NCBI RefSeq assembly: GCF_006345805.1
Contig: NC_043004.1
Location: 12,896,001 to 12,960,000, forward strand
Direction: 5' to 3'
DNA from: Octopus sinensis
Lineage: Eukaryota
Length of the DNA: 64,000 nt
Below the pieces are notes generated by a model. It saw nothing but the letters and a program-made list of their open reading frames with translations, had not been told where the DNA came from and searched no databases. This document shows, one piece after another, positions 13,093-26,212 of this stretch; position 1 is the first letter of the stretch, and every line of letters starts with the position of its first letter. The position numbers and the translations under genes were made by a program.

Positions 13093-13530
13093 AAACTTCT
13101 TGATATTAGGGGTCGGTAATTTAATGAATTTTATTCATATAATTAATATGAGCGCACAAGAAACACAGATGTGGGCAGCAGCACCAAACACCGCCATTCA
13201 CCAAATACCATATGCCACGAGTCAACTGTAATACCAGTAGAGGTGATTATAAGACCAGAGTTCAATTCGATTTCAAGAGTAACGCTATCACCTTTAACTG
13301 AATACCAACGCCGGAAGCTTGTTTGAATTAGTTCCCTTTGAAAACGACGTAAGTAACGGATTCTTCATGAAATTGCAGTGCCTAGGATGAAGATTACCTC
13401 CAGAGCAAAGTGCAGTTGCCGCAGTAGAAACATATATGTTGGTCATTGCCGTATGTGATGTAGAAAACTTTTGATAATAAAAGTTTTGGATGTGAATAAA
13501 TCTCCATTCACCTCATGGTTTTCAATTATA

Positions 13531-13568
<38 letters not shown>

Positions 13569-13597
13569 TATATATATATATAATATATATATATATA

Positions 13598-14002
13598 AAT
13601 CCTTAAATTCTTAAAAATGTTTCAGCCCGAAAGCTGCGGTGATGCTGGGGCACCACTGTTGATTGTGCTACACTAGCATGTGAAACCCCCTCTGATACGT
13701 GGCACTGGGTCATCAAAGGAGTTCGACGCCGCTGCTCGCATATGTATTTCCTGCCGGGAGATCGGTTCATTTGGAATCCCAGAGAAGAGATCGAGTTCAG
13801 TTTTAAAGAAACCCACATCCACATCATGCAGTTCTCTCAGGCATTTAGGAAGGATATTGAAGAGCCGTAGTCCCCTGAAACCCAAGCTGTTGCTTGGTTT
13901 TCAGTTGCTTGGGTATCTGGTCCTGTATTATTTTGATGGTGGTGTTGGGATCTGTGGCCCCATGCTGTGGCACCCGTTCTGCTGTTGGAGTAACTTTCAA
14001 CA
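13598..14002 (-). mobile_element. CR1/L2-group LINE, 3' end
   Basis: GFRGLRLFNILPKCLRE ... FFKTELDLFSGIPNEP ... RAAASNS C-terminal motif, followed by a 3' UTR stem-loop. Related copies at 18.4 and 28.2 kb. Confidence 0.75.
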
Positions 14003-14348
14003 TAATTATATTATATATATTATATATTATATATATATATATATATATACAAACACACAAATTATAAATAAGGACAAAAGAAAATCAATTCTATGCCAAT
14101 ATGCTGAGAAATAGATTTAAATCGTCAATCGCCACGCACAAAATACATCACTATAAATATACATCGTGCTGAATCGAGGAAAGCAAGCTTGATTGAAGAT
14201 TTAAAGTTTATATCTCAGCATATTGTCATAGATCTTTTTCTTTTGCCCTTATTTATAATTTCTTTATAATTTTCAACCTTAAAACGCATTTTAATATGCT
14301 GGCCACTTCATGAAATTTTTGAAAACATTTTATCCTATATGAGAAGTA

Positions 14349-14400
<52 letters not shown>

Positions 14401-14432
14401 CACCACACACACACACACACACACACGCACAC

Positions 14433-14474
<42 letters not shown>

Positions 14475-15119
14475 ATATATGTAGTATTAATAAAGTAGGA
14501 GATGGAATGTGTAATATACTTTATTGGTATTAGGCATCCTGGTCACTGCAATTTCATGAAGGGTCCATCACTTACGACGTTTTGAAAGGGAACTAATTCA
14601 AACAAACTTGGTATTCAGTTGAAGGTAATAGTGTTTCTTTTTAAATATATGTGTGTGCATGTATGTGTGTATATGCATATATGTGTACGTGTATATGTTT
14701 TTGTTTATATATATATGTGCGTGTGTGTGTGTGAGCGTGCGGTAATATATAGTTAATCCAAACATGAACAAAGATATATATATATACATAACGATAACTC
14801 TACTCAACGTAAACATAACGATGTAAGAAATTTGAAAAGCTGAACGCGAAACCGGTCATTTCTTCTAAACTATGTCATTATAAGAAAAAATTTATAACAT
14901 TCTTCATATTGACAAATTATATCTATTTTTTAACCTTTTAAAACAAGCCTTCTGTAGTTTTTTCACTTTTACTATTTTCTATATATATTATATATACATA
15001 TATAATATATACATATATATTATATACATACATATATATATTTGTAATTTATATTTATATATACACATATTTATGTGTGTTTGTCTGTGTGTGTGCATGT
15101 ATATGTATGCACGTATGTA

Positions 15120-15420
15120 TGAAAGGGACTAGATTTCCACGTCAGACTCTCTACAGTGAACTCAGTACTACCGTCAACAGATCGCGCATGAGTCCCATAG
15201 GATGCTTCAATGACGAAGTAAAACCGACGAGGAAGAACACCAATATTAATCCCGAATCATCCCAGGATCACCGCACGGATAACAGAACAGGTTGGCGTCA
15301 TATATCCAAGACAAGCGCTGAATATTTTGATACACGTCGTGGCAGACATGAAGATGCTGAAAGATAAAGATGAACGAACTACAAACTCCAGAGAAGGCGC
15401 TTATCGACGCATCAAATATG
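15120..15420 (+). mobile_element. RTE-clade LINE, 3' coding relic
   Basis: RFPRQTLYSELST ... FNDEVK ... DNRTGWR resembles the RTE C-terminus (RLPRQILY.EL ... DR..WR). Confidence 0.7.
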
Positions 15421-15539
15421 ACTTCTTTTGATTATTGCTCTACGCGAAACTCGCTTTTATTTTAGCCATCAGAGACACCAACATAAACGAGGAAGCGCAA
15501 ATAAAGAGAGAGATAACCGAACGTCATGACGCCATCTGT

Positions 15540-15665
15540 TTCTGTTATCTGCATGGTGATCCTGCTCTTTAGGCTTAATACTGGGGCTCTTCATGGTCTG
15601 TTTTACTTCGTCATTGAAGCGTCTTATGGGACCCTACGGGCTCTTTTGTCGGCATTGAGTTAATT
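15540..15665 (-). mobile_element. Second RTE fragment, inverted relative to 15158-15290
   Basis: Reverse complement aligns with 15158-15290 (shared CTTCAATGACGAAGTAAAAC). Confidence 0.7.
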
Positions 15666-15728
15666 GTAGAAGCCGCTGCCACTGACTACGACGTGATATA
15701 TGAGCGCGAGCTTATGTGTGTATGTATA

Positions 15729-16112
15729 TCTCTCTCTATATAAACGGCAGTTTGTCTGTGCGTGTTTCTGTGTGTCTGTTTGCTTGTACCCTCACTCTGA
15801 CCACGGCTTTCAACTGATTCTGATGAAACTTGACACACACATAGCCCAATGTCATAATTCAAAACTAACGCAGCGAAAATTTTGAAAAGTTCCCCCGGTT
15901 CAGAAAAAGATCGATAAATTCGACATGGGGTCGACAATCAGAAACACAAACCGCAGATGGTGTAGGGGACGCAACTCGGCCTTTTTAACTATCAAAAAAA
16001 ATTTACCATCATTTTTTTCCCATTTTTTTGCTATTTTTTGGCTATAACTCTCTAAAAGTGCTTTATAGTTATTTCCCTTACAAACCCGAGCAACGTCGGG
16101 CGATACTGCTAG
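15729..16112 (+). mobile_element. Non-autonomous Helitron
   Basis: Begins A|TC, ends with GC hairpin CCCGA-gcaacg-TCGGG (16085-16100) then CTAG|T (16109-16113). These are the canonical Helitron termini and AT target. Confidence 0.8.
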
Positions 16113-16244
16113 TAATGTATATAATGCACACGCGTATACACGCACACACACACACACTCTCTCTCACACACACAGACATACATACATACATACATGCATA
16201 CATACATACATACATACATACATGCATACATACATATACATACA

Positions 16245-16275
<31 letters not shown>

Positions 16276-16409
16276 GTATATATATATAAATTTGAAATAA
16301 TAAGGGTGAAAAATTGAATATTAATTTGATTGATATCAAATTAAAACCAGTGGCTAGCATATTAAAATCTGAAGATTCAGAAAAATTATGTTACATAAAT
16401 ATAAGAGGG

Positions 16410-16635
16410 ATGCTAGAAGTAGATCCTCTATGGTCTTACCACTAAGAAAATTTAGCAAACGCCAGAACGTAAGCGAGGAAGACAAATGAAAAGAAACAAA
16501 ATATAGATTAATCATAAACTAGTTTATGATTGCTTTTTCTTTTCATTTGTCTTGCTTACGTTCTGGCGTTTGCTAAATTTTCTTGAGAACATTCCTTTCT
16601 TAGAGTTAAGACCGTAGCAGATCTACTTCTAGCAT
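16410..16635. repeat. 226-bp foldback (long inverted repeat)
   Basis: Perfect arms 16410-16425/16620-16635 (16 bp) and 16444-16474/16554-16584 (31 bp), a further 18-bp arm pair, and a central palindrome AATCATAAACTAGTTTATGATT. Confidence 0.9.
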
Positions 16636-16789
16636 AATGGATGTCCACGTAGTCGTCATCCCCTCTTATATGTATATGTATATATATTGTGTGTGTAATA
16701 TATATATATATATATGAATATACTATATATATATATATAATAATATATAGGATATATATATACATGCATAACATATACATATATATATA

Positions 16790-16834
<45 letters not shown>

Positions 16835-17106
16835 CATCCATGTATGTATATGCGTATATCATGCAAATGAAATTAGGCAAACGGAATATAATGATCCTTT
16901 TCAAGTGCAAGTTTACTTCTGCTTGAGATTTACATTAAGCGTATATGTTTCTGTGGAATACTCAGTCACACACTGCAGATAATTATAGGTTCAGTTGAAC
17001 GTATAAATAAATTCTTATCATAGAAAGACGGACATTCGCCATCACCATTTCTACGTAAATAACTGGAATGATTAAGCTAGCAAGCCGGGAGTGAAGGAGA
17101 GAGAAC

Positions 17107-17153
<47 letters not shown>

Positions 17154-17817
17154 GGGGAGGATGAATAAATAGACAATTAGATTCCTAGCTATAAATATAA
17201 ATAGTTCATTTGCGAATGTGAACGCTAAATTACGCGTATATATATTTGTTGTAAGTTCAGTTTTCCGATATGACATTTCAGACTTCAGTACTGAGAGAAT
17301 TATTCGTAAAGAAGCCGTACTAAATCTGTAAACTACTGTTTTATCTTACAACTAAAAAAATGTTTGCTGGCTTCAGCAACAATTTGAAATTGAACTAAGC
17401 ATCTGGATCATGCGTCTTCTTCTTTCCAACAGACAAACGTAATTAAGTATATAGCGTTTTGTTTATACAAAGACTAAAGCGCATTCCTTTCGTTTTGCTA
17501 TTATTAACATTTCTTATCTCTCTTGATGATGTTTATATGGTTATTGTTGGTGGTGTTTTCGTTGTAGCGGCTGGTAATGTTGTTGTTGTTGTTGCTGTTG
17601 TTGTTATCGTCATTGTTATTTTTACCATTACGAAGTTCGGAATTTTGTTTAAAGGAAATAAAATTAGTTAGCTATAAGTATAATTTTAAAGTAAATGCTT
17701 TCAAATCATTTTACATTATATATGCTACATCTCTGTCTGTCTGTATATATGTATGTACGTATGTATATATGTATGTATATACATACATATATATGTGTGT
17801 GTCTGTGTGTGTATGTG

Positions 17818-17850
<33 letters not shown>

Positions 17851-18369
17851 TTACGTACACGTATGTTTATGTGCGTAAGACGGTAATAAACCGAATTAAA
17901 TGCACGTGAATTCATAGATATAGGTTTCTGTGAGTGCCGCTATATCTGATGCGGCTTTGTCCTTTCCAGTATTTATGTATGTTTACAATATTTAAGCACA
18001 CACACACAGACACCCCACCACACAATCACACACACAATGCAGATGGTGTTGCAGCAAAAGTATTGCAAAAATAGGCTTAACTTTTTTTTTATTTACAGAC
18101 GAAGTCATTCCAATTATACATTGCTAATAGAATAAATCTTCCACTCTAGTATCTCTTCTTGTTTTTCTTCATTATAAGCAAATAACGGGTAGCAAGCAGA
18201 AGCAATGTCCCTTCTTTGAGTTCATATCAAATGATATATGTATGTATCCGACACGTTCACAGAGCTTGCAGGTCATTTTTAATGTCAAATCTACTGTCAA
18301 GAGCATTGTGCACAGATAAGTGAAGGTGTAGAAAGAAGAGGAAAAAAATTGGAAGATCTTGGAGGGTTT

Positions 18370-18745
18370 AGCTATACTGGAATTGACAGCTATATCAATT
18401 ACCGAACTGGACGGTACTGCATCGTACCAAAGATCTCGTCTTCCCCATCTGAAATAACGACACCCTTCTGCAATAGTTTAGGTTTCAAGGGGCCGCAATT
18501 GTTCAACATCCTACCAAGCAACCTTAGAGATGTACATGGTGTGGGATGTGGACGTTTTCAAGTTATGTCTGGAGGAAGATTCTATATGAGATACCAGATG
18601 AACCCACACCGCGACAGCAGACACAAAGAAAAAGCAACTCCCTTCAACTCACTACTTCACCAAATTCAATATCGGAAATAACACCGAGTAACTACAGGTG
18701 GCGCACCAGCATGACCTCAGTCCTGGACTGAAACCAGTAGAAGAT
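18370..18745 (+). mobile_element. CR1/L2-group LINE, 3' end
   Basis: NSLGFKGPQLFNILPSNLRDVHG ... YEIPDEP; tail CCAGCATGACCTCAGTCCTGGACTGAAAC. Confidence 0.75.
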
Positions 18746-18784
18746 AAAAGCTAAAACATATGCATATTATTATTGCCATTATCC

Positions 18785-18924
<140 letters not shown>

Positions 18925-19397
18925 CCATCTATCTGCTTTTCTGTCTGTCTATCTATATGTGTGTTCGTGTCCTATGTGTGTTTCCGTTTCCATATCGGAC
19001 AATTACCATGTTTTACCAAGAAGTTGTTTTCTCTTCCGCCATCACAGCAGTGGATAATTGCTGAAAGATGTGTGTTGACGTGGGCGGTCTAAGTGGCACG
19101 TGATATGGTTTGGTCAGTTGAAACAGATTACTGCAGTGTTTGGAATACAGTGAAGGGAAATAATTAGACTGTGTTTGTATTGTGACATCAAACGCGTACA
19201 GTACATTCAGATCACACTTGTATACTCATATGTGCTTGCTGCGTGTTCTGTGTGTGTGAGTGTATGCATGAGTGCATATGTGTGTGTGTGGGTGTGAGTG
19301 AACCTTTAAATGAATAGGTGTGAACCTTCACACCGCATACATATATAAGTTTAATATACATACATTGTTACATACGCATGTACACATAAGTATATAT

Positions 19398-19442
<45 letters not shown>

Positions 19443-19530
19443 CATATATACATACAAACACGTGTGTGCTTATATACTATGATTATAATAATAATAATAA
19501 TAATGATAATAATAATAATAATATGTTCAG

Positions 19531-19561
<31 letters not shown>

Positions 19562-19739
19562 CACATGTGTATTGTAAGTATTGTATTAACATACCGACGC
19601 ACGTGAGCTTGTATACATGTAGACATTCATAAATATATAGGAGAAGCTTATATATATACGTAAATATACGCGTATATCTATATACATATATGCATATACA
19701 TATATATGTATGTATATATATATATCCACATACACACAC

Positions 19740-20603
19740 ACATATATATATTTATATACACATATGTATGTATGCATGTATGTATGTATATCTATATCTA
19801 TATCTATATCTGTATCTATCTATCTATCTATATATATATATATATATATATAAATGTGCGCGCGCGTATGTTGGTGTCTGTGTTGTCTATTTCTTACTTA
19901 CGCAAAACTCCTCACATGCCTATAGAAACTAAACCACGTATGTTGCAAAAGTGTCACTACAACTAGGTTGCTGAATAAAATCACCCAGCTGCATTAGCAT
20001 TATAGTACAAATGCTTCACAATTTACACTCAAACAAACAGCTGTTAACGTCATGTTTGGTTGTGTAGTACTTTTAGTCTCTCGTCTCTGTATATTCTACT
20101 TTTTCGAAATAACCATCCCAGTTTGTAAGTCAATTATTTGCTATGTTACTTAGTAGTTTGATGAGAATTTAGCTACTATGTCGAATATAATGAGCATGAT
20201 CCAGGCATGGCGCAAATGAGCACCAATCGAAATCCAGGTTGTAAAGTTCTTCGGTGTCTTCGTTACCGTCCAATCAGCATTACGTATTTTCTGATGCTCA
20301 TCGATAGACATGCAAATACATATGTATATTTTTGTAGAGTTGACCACATTTTCGGAAATTTTTAATTCAAAATTGGAAAACCCAGATACCAAGCGAAGGA
20401 AGACAACTCGCCCGGCCATAATTATTTAAGAGGAATATTTCTTGAACTATCACCGGCATTCTTGTGTTTTAAAACAAACATCCTTTGCAGAGAACGGTTA
20501 CTGTTTAGAGAAACTGAAGAGATGTCTAGTTCCCGCTAAATATGAACCCCAATGTTTTTTTCTAAACTTACGCTACACAGACACAATATATATATATATA
20601 TAT

Positions 20604-20649
<46 letters not shown>

Positions 20650-22640
20650 ATATTTCGGAATGGTCATATTGCCATTTTAGCCAATAAAACACACGCACTA
20701 TATATTTGGTGTTATTTTGCTTCAGTGATATTTATTTTTTACATTAATCTTAATCTTATTTCGGCCAAAGTTCTTTCGTCACACTCCTGTGACCGCATCA
20801 GTGGTCCTTTGTTTTTCTTCCACCCTTGTGTCTCTCCTTACTAATCGTCCCATTTTATATTTCTATTGTAGTCTTCATTTGCGCATGTTATATCTCTATG
20901 TGCGTCTATGTTTATTTAGTGTGTTGTGGGGGGGATGCCTGTAATATTGTATCTTCTGGTTTATACATTCTTGTAATTTGTATTTTGTTTTTGTTGCTGT
21001 GTGCTTTTGTTCTAATTTTGTTCATGTGTTTACACTCCACCCATTATTATCATTACATATGCTTGTATGTATGTATAACAACAATATTAGTAATAATAAT
21101 AATAATCTAATGGAAAAAAAAAAGGAAATACATATACATATATTATATACATACACATACATACATATATATATATGACATACACACACACACATATATA
21201 TATTTATATACACATATGTATGTATGCATGTATGTATGTAATATCTATATCTATATCTATATCTGTAATCTATCTATCTATCTATATATATATATATATA
21301 TAAATGTGCGCGCGCGTATGTTGGTGTCTGTGTGTGTCTATTTCTTACGCAAAACTCCTCACATGCCTATAGAAACTAAACCACGTATGTTGGCAAAAGT
21401 GTCACTACAACTAGGTTGCTGAATAAAATCACCCAGCTGCATTAGCATTATAGTACAAATGCTTCACAATTTACACTCAAACAAACAGCTGTTAACGTCA
21501 TGTTTGGTTGTGTAGTACTTTTAGTCTCTCGTCTCTGTATATTCTACTTTTTCGAAATAACCATCCCAGTTTGTAAGTCATTATTTGCTATGTACTATAG
21601 TAGTTTGATGAGAATTTAGCTACTATAGTCGAATATAATGAGCATGATCCAGGCATGGCGCAAATGAGCACCAATCGAAATCCAGGTTGTTAAAGTTCTT
21701 CGGTGTCTTCGTTACCGTCCAATCAGCATTACGTATTTTCTGATGCTCATCGATAGACAGCAAATACATATGTATATTTTTGTAGAGTTACCCACATTTT
21801 CGGAATTTTAATTCAAAATTGAAAACCCAGATACCAAGCGAAGGAAGACAACTCGCCCGGCCATAATTTTTAAGAGGACTTTTCTTGAACTATCACCGGC
21901 ATTCTTGTGTTTTAAAAACAAACATCCTTTGCAGAGAACGGTTACTGTTTAGAGAAACTGAAGAGAATGTCTAGTTCCCGCTAAATATGAACCAATGTTT
22001 TTTTCTAAACTTCCGCTACAAGACACAATATACTATATATATATTATATATAGATAATTTATATATATATATATATATATTGTTATATTTCGGAATGGTC
22101 ATATTGCCAGTTTAGCCAATAAAAACACACGCACTATATATTTGGTGTTATTTTGCTTCAGTGATATTTATTTTTTACATTAATCTTAATCTTATTTCGG
22201 CCAAAGTTCTTTCGTCACACTCCTGTGACCGCATCAGTGGTCCTTTGTTTTCTTCTCACTTACTTGTGTCTCTCCTTACTAACCGTCAGCCATTTTATAT
22301 TTCTATTGTATGTCTTCATTTGCGCATGTTATATCTCTATGTGCGTCTATGTTTATTTAGTGTGTGTGTGGGGGGGATGCCTGTAATATTGTATCTTCTG
22401 GTTATATACATTCTTGTAATTTGTATTTGTGTTTTTGTTGCTGTTGCTTTTGTTCTAATTTTGTTCATGTGTTTACATCCACCCATTATTATCATTACAT
22501 ATGCTTGTATGTATGTATAACAACAATATTAGTAATAATAATAATAAATCTAATGGAAAAAAAAAAGGAATATACATATACATATATATATATACATACA
22601 CATACATATACATATTATATATACATACACCACACACTAT
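19740..22640. repeat. ~1.45-kb tandem duplication (unique-looking DNA + PLE pseudo-LTR)
   Basis: TAAATGTGCGCGCGCG at 19851 and 21301. The copies differ mainly by 1-bp indels. Confidence 0.9.
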
Positions 22641-22749
22641 ACACACATACATATACATATATATACACATACATATATATAGATATTCATTTCTATTTCT
22701 TTAATTACCTGTGTATTTATTATGTTTGCAGGATCCACTATGTCATATG

Positions 22750-23110
22750 TTGTGGTGTGCGCTATTGCTCCATTCTAGTTTTCTATTCAGGCTAGGTTTA
22801 TTTTCTATTATATGTGTAGCTTCTGTAATTTGTCTAATTGTTGCATCTGTTCTATGTGTGGACAATATCTTAATCTCTATGTTATTGATTGATCCCCCGT
22901 GTTCTTGTTCGGCGTGTTGTACAGAATCGATGAGCTTTTACCTTCCTTGAGTTGTCTCCAATGTTCATTCACCCGCTCACCAATGCTTCTTGCAGTTTCC
23001 CCTACGTATGTTACTGTCTTGTTACTGCATCGTCCCTCTATACATCTTATACTATAGACCACATTTCTGGCTTTACAGTTCGTTGTGGGCTAAATCTACA
23101 TACAGTGCAA
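22750..23110 (-). pseudogene. PLE GIY-YIG endonuclease domain (frameshifted)
   Basis: VYSIRCIEGRCSNKTVTYVGETARSIGERVNEHW, then out-of-frame RQITEATHI ... PSLNRKLEW. Confidence 0.88.
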
Positions 23111-23335
23111 TAGTTATCCGTACAGAGAGTTCTACTAAAAGGATAGCTTCTACCAATATAGATCTGATAGGGTTGCCTGGCTTTTCAACAACCTTAATTC
23201 TTAGTTTAAGTTTATCTAGGGTCCTTCTAAAGCGGTACGCTAGTTCACCTCCAGGGGGTTGTCAACGAACATGACACTCTGGTATTTATGGCTATCATAC
23301 CAGAGTTGGCCTTCCCTATTTTCTTTTTGTCCTTT

Positions 23336-24508
23336 CTATAGTGTTCCATGACTTGTTCCTATAGAGTGGGCAAATCCCATTCCTATCATTACATAATATA
23401 TTATCAATTTCTTCATGGCTCCTTTGTATACTCTGATCCTTTCTTTATGGCTGTAACCTGAGAACTGCATGCGGTGAATGAAATACTGTATGTGTCTCTT
23501 TAATTCTGTAGGCTCGCACATGCGTGACACATTTCTCATTATTCTGACGAGGTCTGCCATCAAAATATTGAATTTGGCATTGCCCGCAATGGCTGAGTTC
23601 CGGTGGATCAGGTATTTTGAGGCCATAGGTTTTGCATAGTATGAATGAAGGATTTGGGTTTTATTTTTCACAATTTCTAGCCAGAGTTCAGTGTCTAGTA
23701 CTGGTAGTCTATGGTTGGGGTGTTTAGTGGGGTAGTCTATTGTGACCTTAATACTCTGGTGGATGGAGTTAGCTATTTGCTGGATGCTCTCCATAGTATT
23801 AGTTTCTATTACTATATCAACAGTACTCTCTTGTGGGGGTGCCTTTACTACTATATTGATATCATCAACATAGCGAGAGTACATGTTTACGAGTATGGAT
23901 TTCTGCAGTAGGCATTCTTTAAGCCTTCTGTCCCACCATACCATGAAGAGGTTGGCCACATCACCAGCGATACTAACACCGATGGCTGCCCCCTCGTCCT
24001 GGGCATATATTTTATTATTAAATTTAAATGTGTGGCCTTTTAGGGTAACTCTTATACTAGCTCCTAGTGCATGTGCGATCATTTTCTTTACCTGATGGAC
24101 ATTTGCGGGGCTCCGTATGGCTCTGGTCCATCCGCGCCATCTTTCTATATGTGTCTTCCTAGCCATAGAAGTAATTGTAGGCGGTCTACCTCTTAAACAT
24201 CTACTGGGGCAGAAACTACTAAGATTATGTTTATCTAAGTATTCACTATTATATGTCAGTCTAAGTAGGAGGCCCAGTTCTTCTGTGTCGACATTACAGA
24301 ACTCCACCTGGCTCTCGTTGATCATCTCCACGCACTTCTCCACTGCAAAATCTACGTCAATCGATGGGTATAGGGATACCACATCCATGCTACCTACTAT
24401 ACATCCTGTCAAGTCACAAGTTTTGTTACAGTCACTGATCCTGCTTAGGAGATCTTCTGTGCTGTCACACACATCAGGTGACATCCTGATTATAGGGCGT
24501 ATGATCAT
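23336..24508 (-). pseudogene. PLE reverse transcriptase core (390-aa open segment)
   Basis: RT motifs A, B' and C plus thumb (YYAKPMASKYLIHRNSA, MQFSGYS). Confidence 0.92.
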
Positions 24509-24745
24509 TGAGAGGAAGTAGGAGATTCTGTAATTGCTAGCGATATTCGCTCCACAGACTGGTCTTGTTGGTGGTCCTGCTATAGGGTCAGTAAAACCTT
24601 TATGGTCCTTGCGAAGTCCATACAGTGCCGGGATATCATTGTTCCAGGCTTGGAAATTCTTTGCAGTACGTTTCTGAGGTCCAGAACAATTGCCACATCA
24701 TCATTGGGCATGAGGACCTTTTCTCTCTCAACATTGTCCACATCA

Positions 24746-25959
24746 TCATGTGGCATTGAGGACCTTTTCTCTCTCCTCATGCGCCTGTACAGTTGTTACT
24801 TTTGTATTAGCGATATGAGGTTGCATTGCCTGGATGTAGTTCGGTAAGCTGTCTATTGACATCCTGCCGGACTTATCCGTGGGAAGGCATATCACCTCTC
24901 CGTTCCTCGTGCGCTGAATGAGCTTCTGTAGGCCACATGCAGGTTTAATCCCGAGTTGTTGGGCATCTGTCTTATTCTGTCTCTGTCTCTTAATGTATAA
25001 TCCTAAAATCTGTCTAAGTTTGGTCCTAGCTATAGTGAACTGTGCTTCCATATGGTCATTAGTACGTCTTGGGATGTATACTCTTTTGTTGAAGGGTAAT
25101 GTTGTTGGATAAATTCGGTTCATGCAGTAAGTTTTGTCGCATACGTTGAAGAATTGAGTGTCAAAGGGATGGGTATACATGTCAATGGTCTCTCTAGGGT
25201 TATCTTCATTATCGTTACTGTTTCCAACATCAGCCTTCCTATTATTATTATCACCATTACCACTACTACTACTACTAGTATTCCTATTACCACCACAACT
25301 ATCACTACTATCCTCATTACTACTTCTACTGTTACCATCACCACTACTACTACCACTATTATTGTTATTACCTTTATTCCTACCATTGCCATTATTACTA
25401 TCATCGCTAGTGATATTCTCATTGTTCCTGTTTCTGGTATATGTGTTGTTTATATTAGTGTTGGGTTTTATGTCTGTCTGTTGGTCCCTGTCATTCCCCC
25501 TGTTGCGGTCGTTATTTTTGTTCCTATGAGTATTGTTATCTGTTTCAAGTCCGCTGACTCCCTGTCCAAGGATCCTGTTGCATTCAACTTTATTCTCCAT
25601 CGTGACCCCTATGACACAACTTTTATTCGTGTCTTTGTGACTATGGCTATCTGTGTGTGTGTTTGTGTGTCGGTTCTCCCTATAATTGTTGTTGTTGTTG
25701 CTGTTGTATACGATTTTTCTCTCTCTGTTTGTGTTTTTGTTTTTGTATCTATTGTTTGTGTCTATGCATACATTTTTTCTATTGTTATGTTGTTGTCGCT
25801 GTTAGGGTTCGTGTTGTTTTGTTGTTGCCGCGCTGTTAGGGTCGTGTTGCTTTTGTTGCTACGGTTGTTATTGTTGCGGTCATTATTGTTTGTGTTGTTG
25901 TTGGCGCTCGTTAGTGTTTTTTCGCGTTGTTGTTGTTGTCGCAAGGTGTTGTTTGTCAT
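24746..25959 (-). pseudogene. PLE N-terminal region, Asn/Ser/Gly-rich, frameshifted
   Basis: ORFs 25762..25959 and 24746..25600 lead into ICLPTDKSGR upstream of the RT. Confidence 0.75.
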
Positions 25960-26212
25960 AGTATCTATTAAATTCCAACGTATTTTTGTGAACGACTTTT
26001 CAATTTATGGTCAATTATATATAAAAGCAATTAAAATTAAACTAAAGGGTCATGCAATACTTTTTGGTAGAAAATTTACAAATTAAGTTTTAGAAGGAAG
26101 AAGTTGGCCGCGACGGCAAACTCTATTTGTTCATCAAAGTCTGACGAAATCGAGCAAGCCAAACTTAGAAGCTTTGTGAATTTTCTCTTTGTTCCATTAG
26201 ATTTACTTTTAT

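Noticed and set aside
23336-24508. Selenocysteine recoding as reported for some Naiad PLEs
   Set aside because: The RT segment is open with no in-frame TGA; other breaks are frameshifts; no SECIS was identified by eye.
26140-26190. CTGACGA in the duplicated 180-bp block as a hammerhead
   Set aside because: No stem II followed by GAAA on either strand.
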